Assembly: GCA_043228905.1 (NCBI GenBank)
Contig: JBHGNT010000011.1
Coordinates: 8,122,001 to 8,186,000 of the forward strand
Length of the DNA stretch: 64,000 bases
Direction: 5' to 3'
DNA from: Azolla caroliniana
Lineage: Eukaryota; Plantae; Polypodiophyta
The notes under the pieces are model-generated. The model ran no database searches and was not told where the DNA came from. It saw only the letters and a list, made by a program, of their open reading frames with translations. Positions 61,501-64,000 of the stretch are shown in pieces (position 1 is the first letter of the stretch; the number at the start of each line of letters is the position of its first letter). The translations under genes and the position numbers were made by a program.

Positions 61501-63921
61501 ATACGCCCACACCTTTCGAGTCGAATCGTCAATAAAAGTGACGAAGTAAGAGGCGCCGCCGAGAGACTGATGCGGCATTGGGCCGCAGACGTCCGAGTGG
61601 ACCAAATCAAGAGGTCTCGTTTCTCTTGGTGCTGATGTCGGGTGTGATGCGGCTGCTTGTTTGCCATACTGGCAATGCTCGCAGAATTGATGGTCCGAGA
61701 AGGAGAGTTTGGGGATGTATCCGGCTCTGGATAGGTGCGTGATGCCGGCCTTACTGAGGTGTCCTAATCTTCGATGCCATAGTGATGACACAGGAATATC
61801 CACCAAAAACAGGTTACCCTCTCTAAGCGTAACATGTAACGGATACAAGGAGTGTATCTTAGGTCCTCTAGCAAGCAGGAGTTTCCCCCTGTGGAGTGTC
61901 CACCCTCCCGAAGAAAAACCGGCACGAATGCCGTCTTCATCTAGTTGTCCGACTGAGATCAAAGGCCTTGAGAGCTCGGGTACATGTCGGACATTGTGGA
62001 GTACAAGTGTAGAGCCACCTGCAAGGTTGAGCTCTACTGTGCCGATTCCGATGATGTCACAGTGTTGTGAGTTGCCGACCCGAACTGAGTCGGAGTGACG
62101 GATCGTATATTGCCGAAATTGGGATCGATGAGGAGTCACGTGAAATGACGCGCCCGAATCTAAGAGCCATGTGCTCGATTCTTCAGTCGTGAGTAGAACT
62201 TCTGATCCGACTGGATTTTCGATTGATAGTATATTCGGGTCGTCCGGTAGCACATCGGCTGAGAAGCTGACGTAATTGATCTCCTCATGCCGGCCACTCT
62301 TCTTGTTGTTCTTGTTCTTGAGTGCGCGGCAGTCGGCTTTGATATGTCCGGGTTTCTTGCAGTAGTTGCAGATTCGGTTATCCCGTGACTGGCTCCGTCT
62401 TCGCTGATTGTTCGGCGGTCGTGAGGAATCTCTTCCTCGTATGTTCGATCGGTCTGTCGAACCTTGTACTACATAAGCGTCGTCTGTTGAGTCTTTGGCG
62501 AAAGACTTTCTCCGAGCTGCTTCGGTCAGGATTGCGCTCGTGACTTCGGAGTATTTAACAGCCGTGGTTGACGCGTTGCACACGGTTGTGACGAAAGTTT
62601 CCCATGATGAGGGAAGGCTGCTCATGAGTATCATTGCTCTGAGTTCATCCTCGATTGCCGTCCCCTGTGACGAGATTTGGGAGCTTATGCTTTCGTACTC
62701 ATTGAGGTGTGCTTGAACCGAGTCGGATTCTTTCATCCGCAAGTTGTAGAGGCGCCGGATCAGAAACATCTTCGTTGCAGCGACCTTCTTTTCATAAGTG
62801 TCCGACAGTGTTTTCCACAGTTCGAATGCTGTCGTGCACGATTGCACCGTAAAGTATACCGATTCCGATAGGTGCATCCGAATCGTGGCGCGGACGATTC
62901 TGTCCAGCTTCTGCCACTCAATTGGTTTGTATCCTTCTGGAGGTTCTTCATTTTCGATGGGATCGATTTGCCCCTTGACTATGAGATAGTCCTGCATTTG
63001 CTCCTTCCAGAAGTTAAAGTTCGATCCATCGAACTTTCGTAGACTCATTTCTGACGAGCCGGATGTTGATGCCATCAAGTTCGGTTTTGGTTGACGAAGC
63101 TCGGTTCGGAGTTGACTACGAACCTTGTTGGAGTGCAGCCGGTTGGCTCACCCGATATCGTTCTAGTCGGATTTGAACCCGAGTCGGTTCGGCTTCGGAT
63201 ATATGTATTGTTGAACTTGCTCGAATTGACTCCGGTAACTTGAGGGACAGAACCGACTGGTCTTCCCGAATGTCGCCAAGTCGGAGTGAGCCCGGTTCGC
63301 TTCGGATATATATGCCGAATACCGATTATTGAAACCGATTATCTGGACCGATTCGGCTTCGGGTGACTGCAGCGACGAGAGAGACGGATCCGACTGATCC
63401 TCCCGAATGTCGATCAGCCAGATGAAGCACGAATTTGGGTTTTGCACAAGGGGATTTCACCTCGAGCGGTTACGATCACAAGGGACAGAGTACAACCTGC
63501 TGGCTTACTCCAAGCAAGGGGATCTAACGCGATGAGGTGCAAACCTCGTTTTTGTTCTTCTTCTCTCTTTCTTCGAATGACGCGAATACTGTGCAGGCCG
63601 TGATGACGGCCGAACCTCTGCTCTGATACCAGATGTTGGAAGCGAGGAGGGTCAATGCGGAAGATCTTGTAGCATTCGATTGCTGTTGCAGTACCTGCGT
63701 ATGACAGTTTGTATGTCCGTTGCACAGAGAGAGAGAGAGAGAGAGAGAGACACAAAAGACACTCTATTTCATAAAGCAATAATACAACAACCAACCCTAC
63801 AAAAAGGTTACAAGGTCACTATATATAGTGACCGACTTAGGGCAGCTACCCTTTATGCTAATTACATAAATGGCCAAAACGGGATAATGTGAATACGTCC
63901 ATTATACACATGTATTCGACA
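58583..63921 (-). mobile_element. Element L: full-length young Ty1/Copia (Tnt1/Tork-like)
   Basis: LTRs 58583-58868 and 63634-63921 appear to differ only in the GA/CA microsatellite. TSD CAAAC, Met PBS 63618-63631, PPT GGGGGAG. Confidence 0.96.
59062..63075 (-). pseudogene. Copia gag-pol polyprotein of element L (~1340 codons, two in-frame TAG)
   Basis: Three ORFs in one frame. CNYCKKPGHIKADC, WLLDSGASFH, VHSDVCGP, RTDNGGEF, YKARLVAKGF, YVDDML, GYTDSDFAG, SKHIDVRYHF. Stops at 60982 and 60172. Confidence 0.95.
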
Positions 63922-64000
63922 CAAACCCTTCAAATAATGGTCGTATGTACCCTAAACCCTTTAAACTTGCAATAACTATGGAATCTCGTACCACTTTTCA

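Overview
This window is eukaryotic, probably non-seed plant (moss-like; inference), heterochromatin made almost entirely of nested LTR retrotransposons. I found no host gene. LTR ends and target-site duplications (TSDs) give this nesting. Athila-like Gypsy A (~3425-27104, -) contains Athila-like B (9360-25586, +), which contains tRNA-Trp-primed Gypsy C (16694-23388, -). Copia D (27678-51478, -) contains chromovirus E (28065-33434, +), chromovirus F (33626-44258, -) and element J (46533-48920, spanning a 100-N gap). F in turn contains gag-only element G (38325-41926). Trp-primed Gypsy K (51692-58464, +) and a young Copia L (58583-63921, -) follow. The left end holds an orphan accessory ORF, a Copia fragment with a hAT-type MITE, and an LTR fragment. 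Most notable: antisense tRNA-like A/B-box cassettes in the LTRs of unrelated families; a Trp-primed lineage with 4-bp CpG-centred TSDs; an 11-nt Tf1-like self-priming site; a young gag-only element; a shared ~800-codon accessory ORF; and a hairpin array in a 5' leader. All calls were made by eye, with no database searches.
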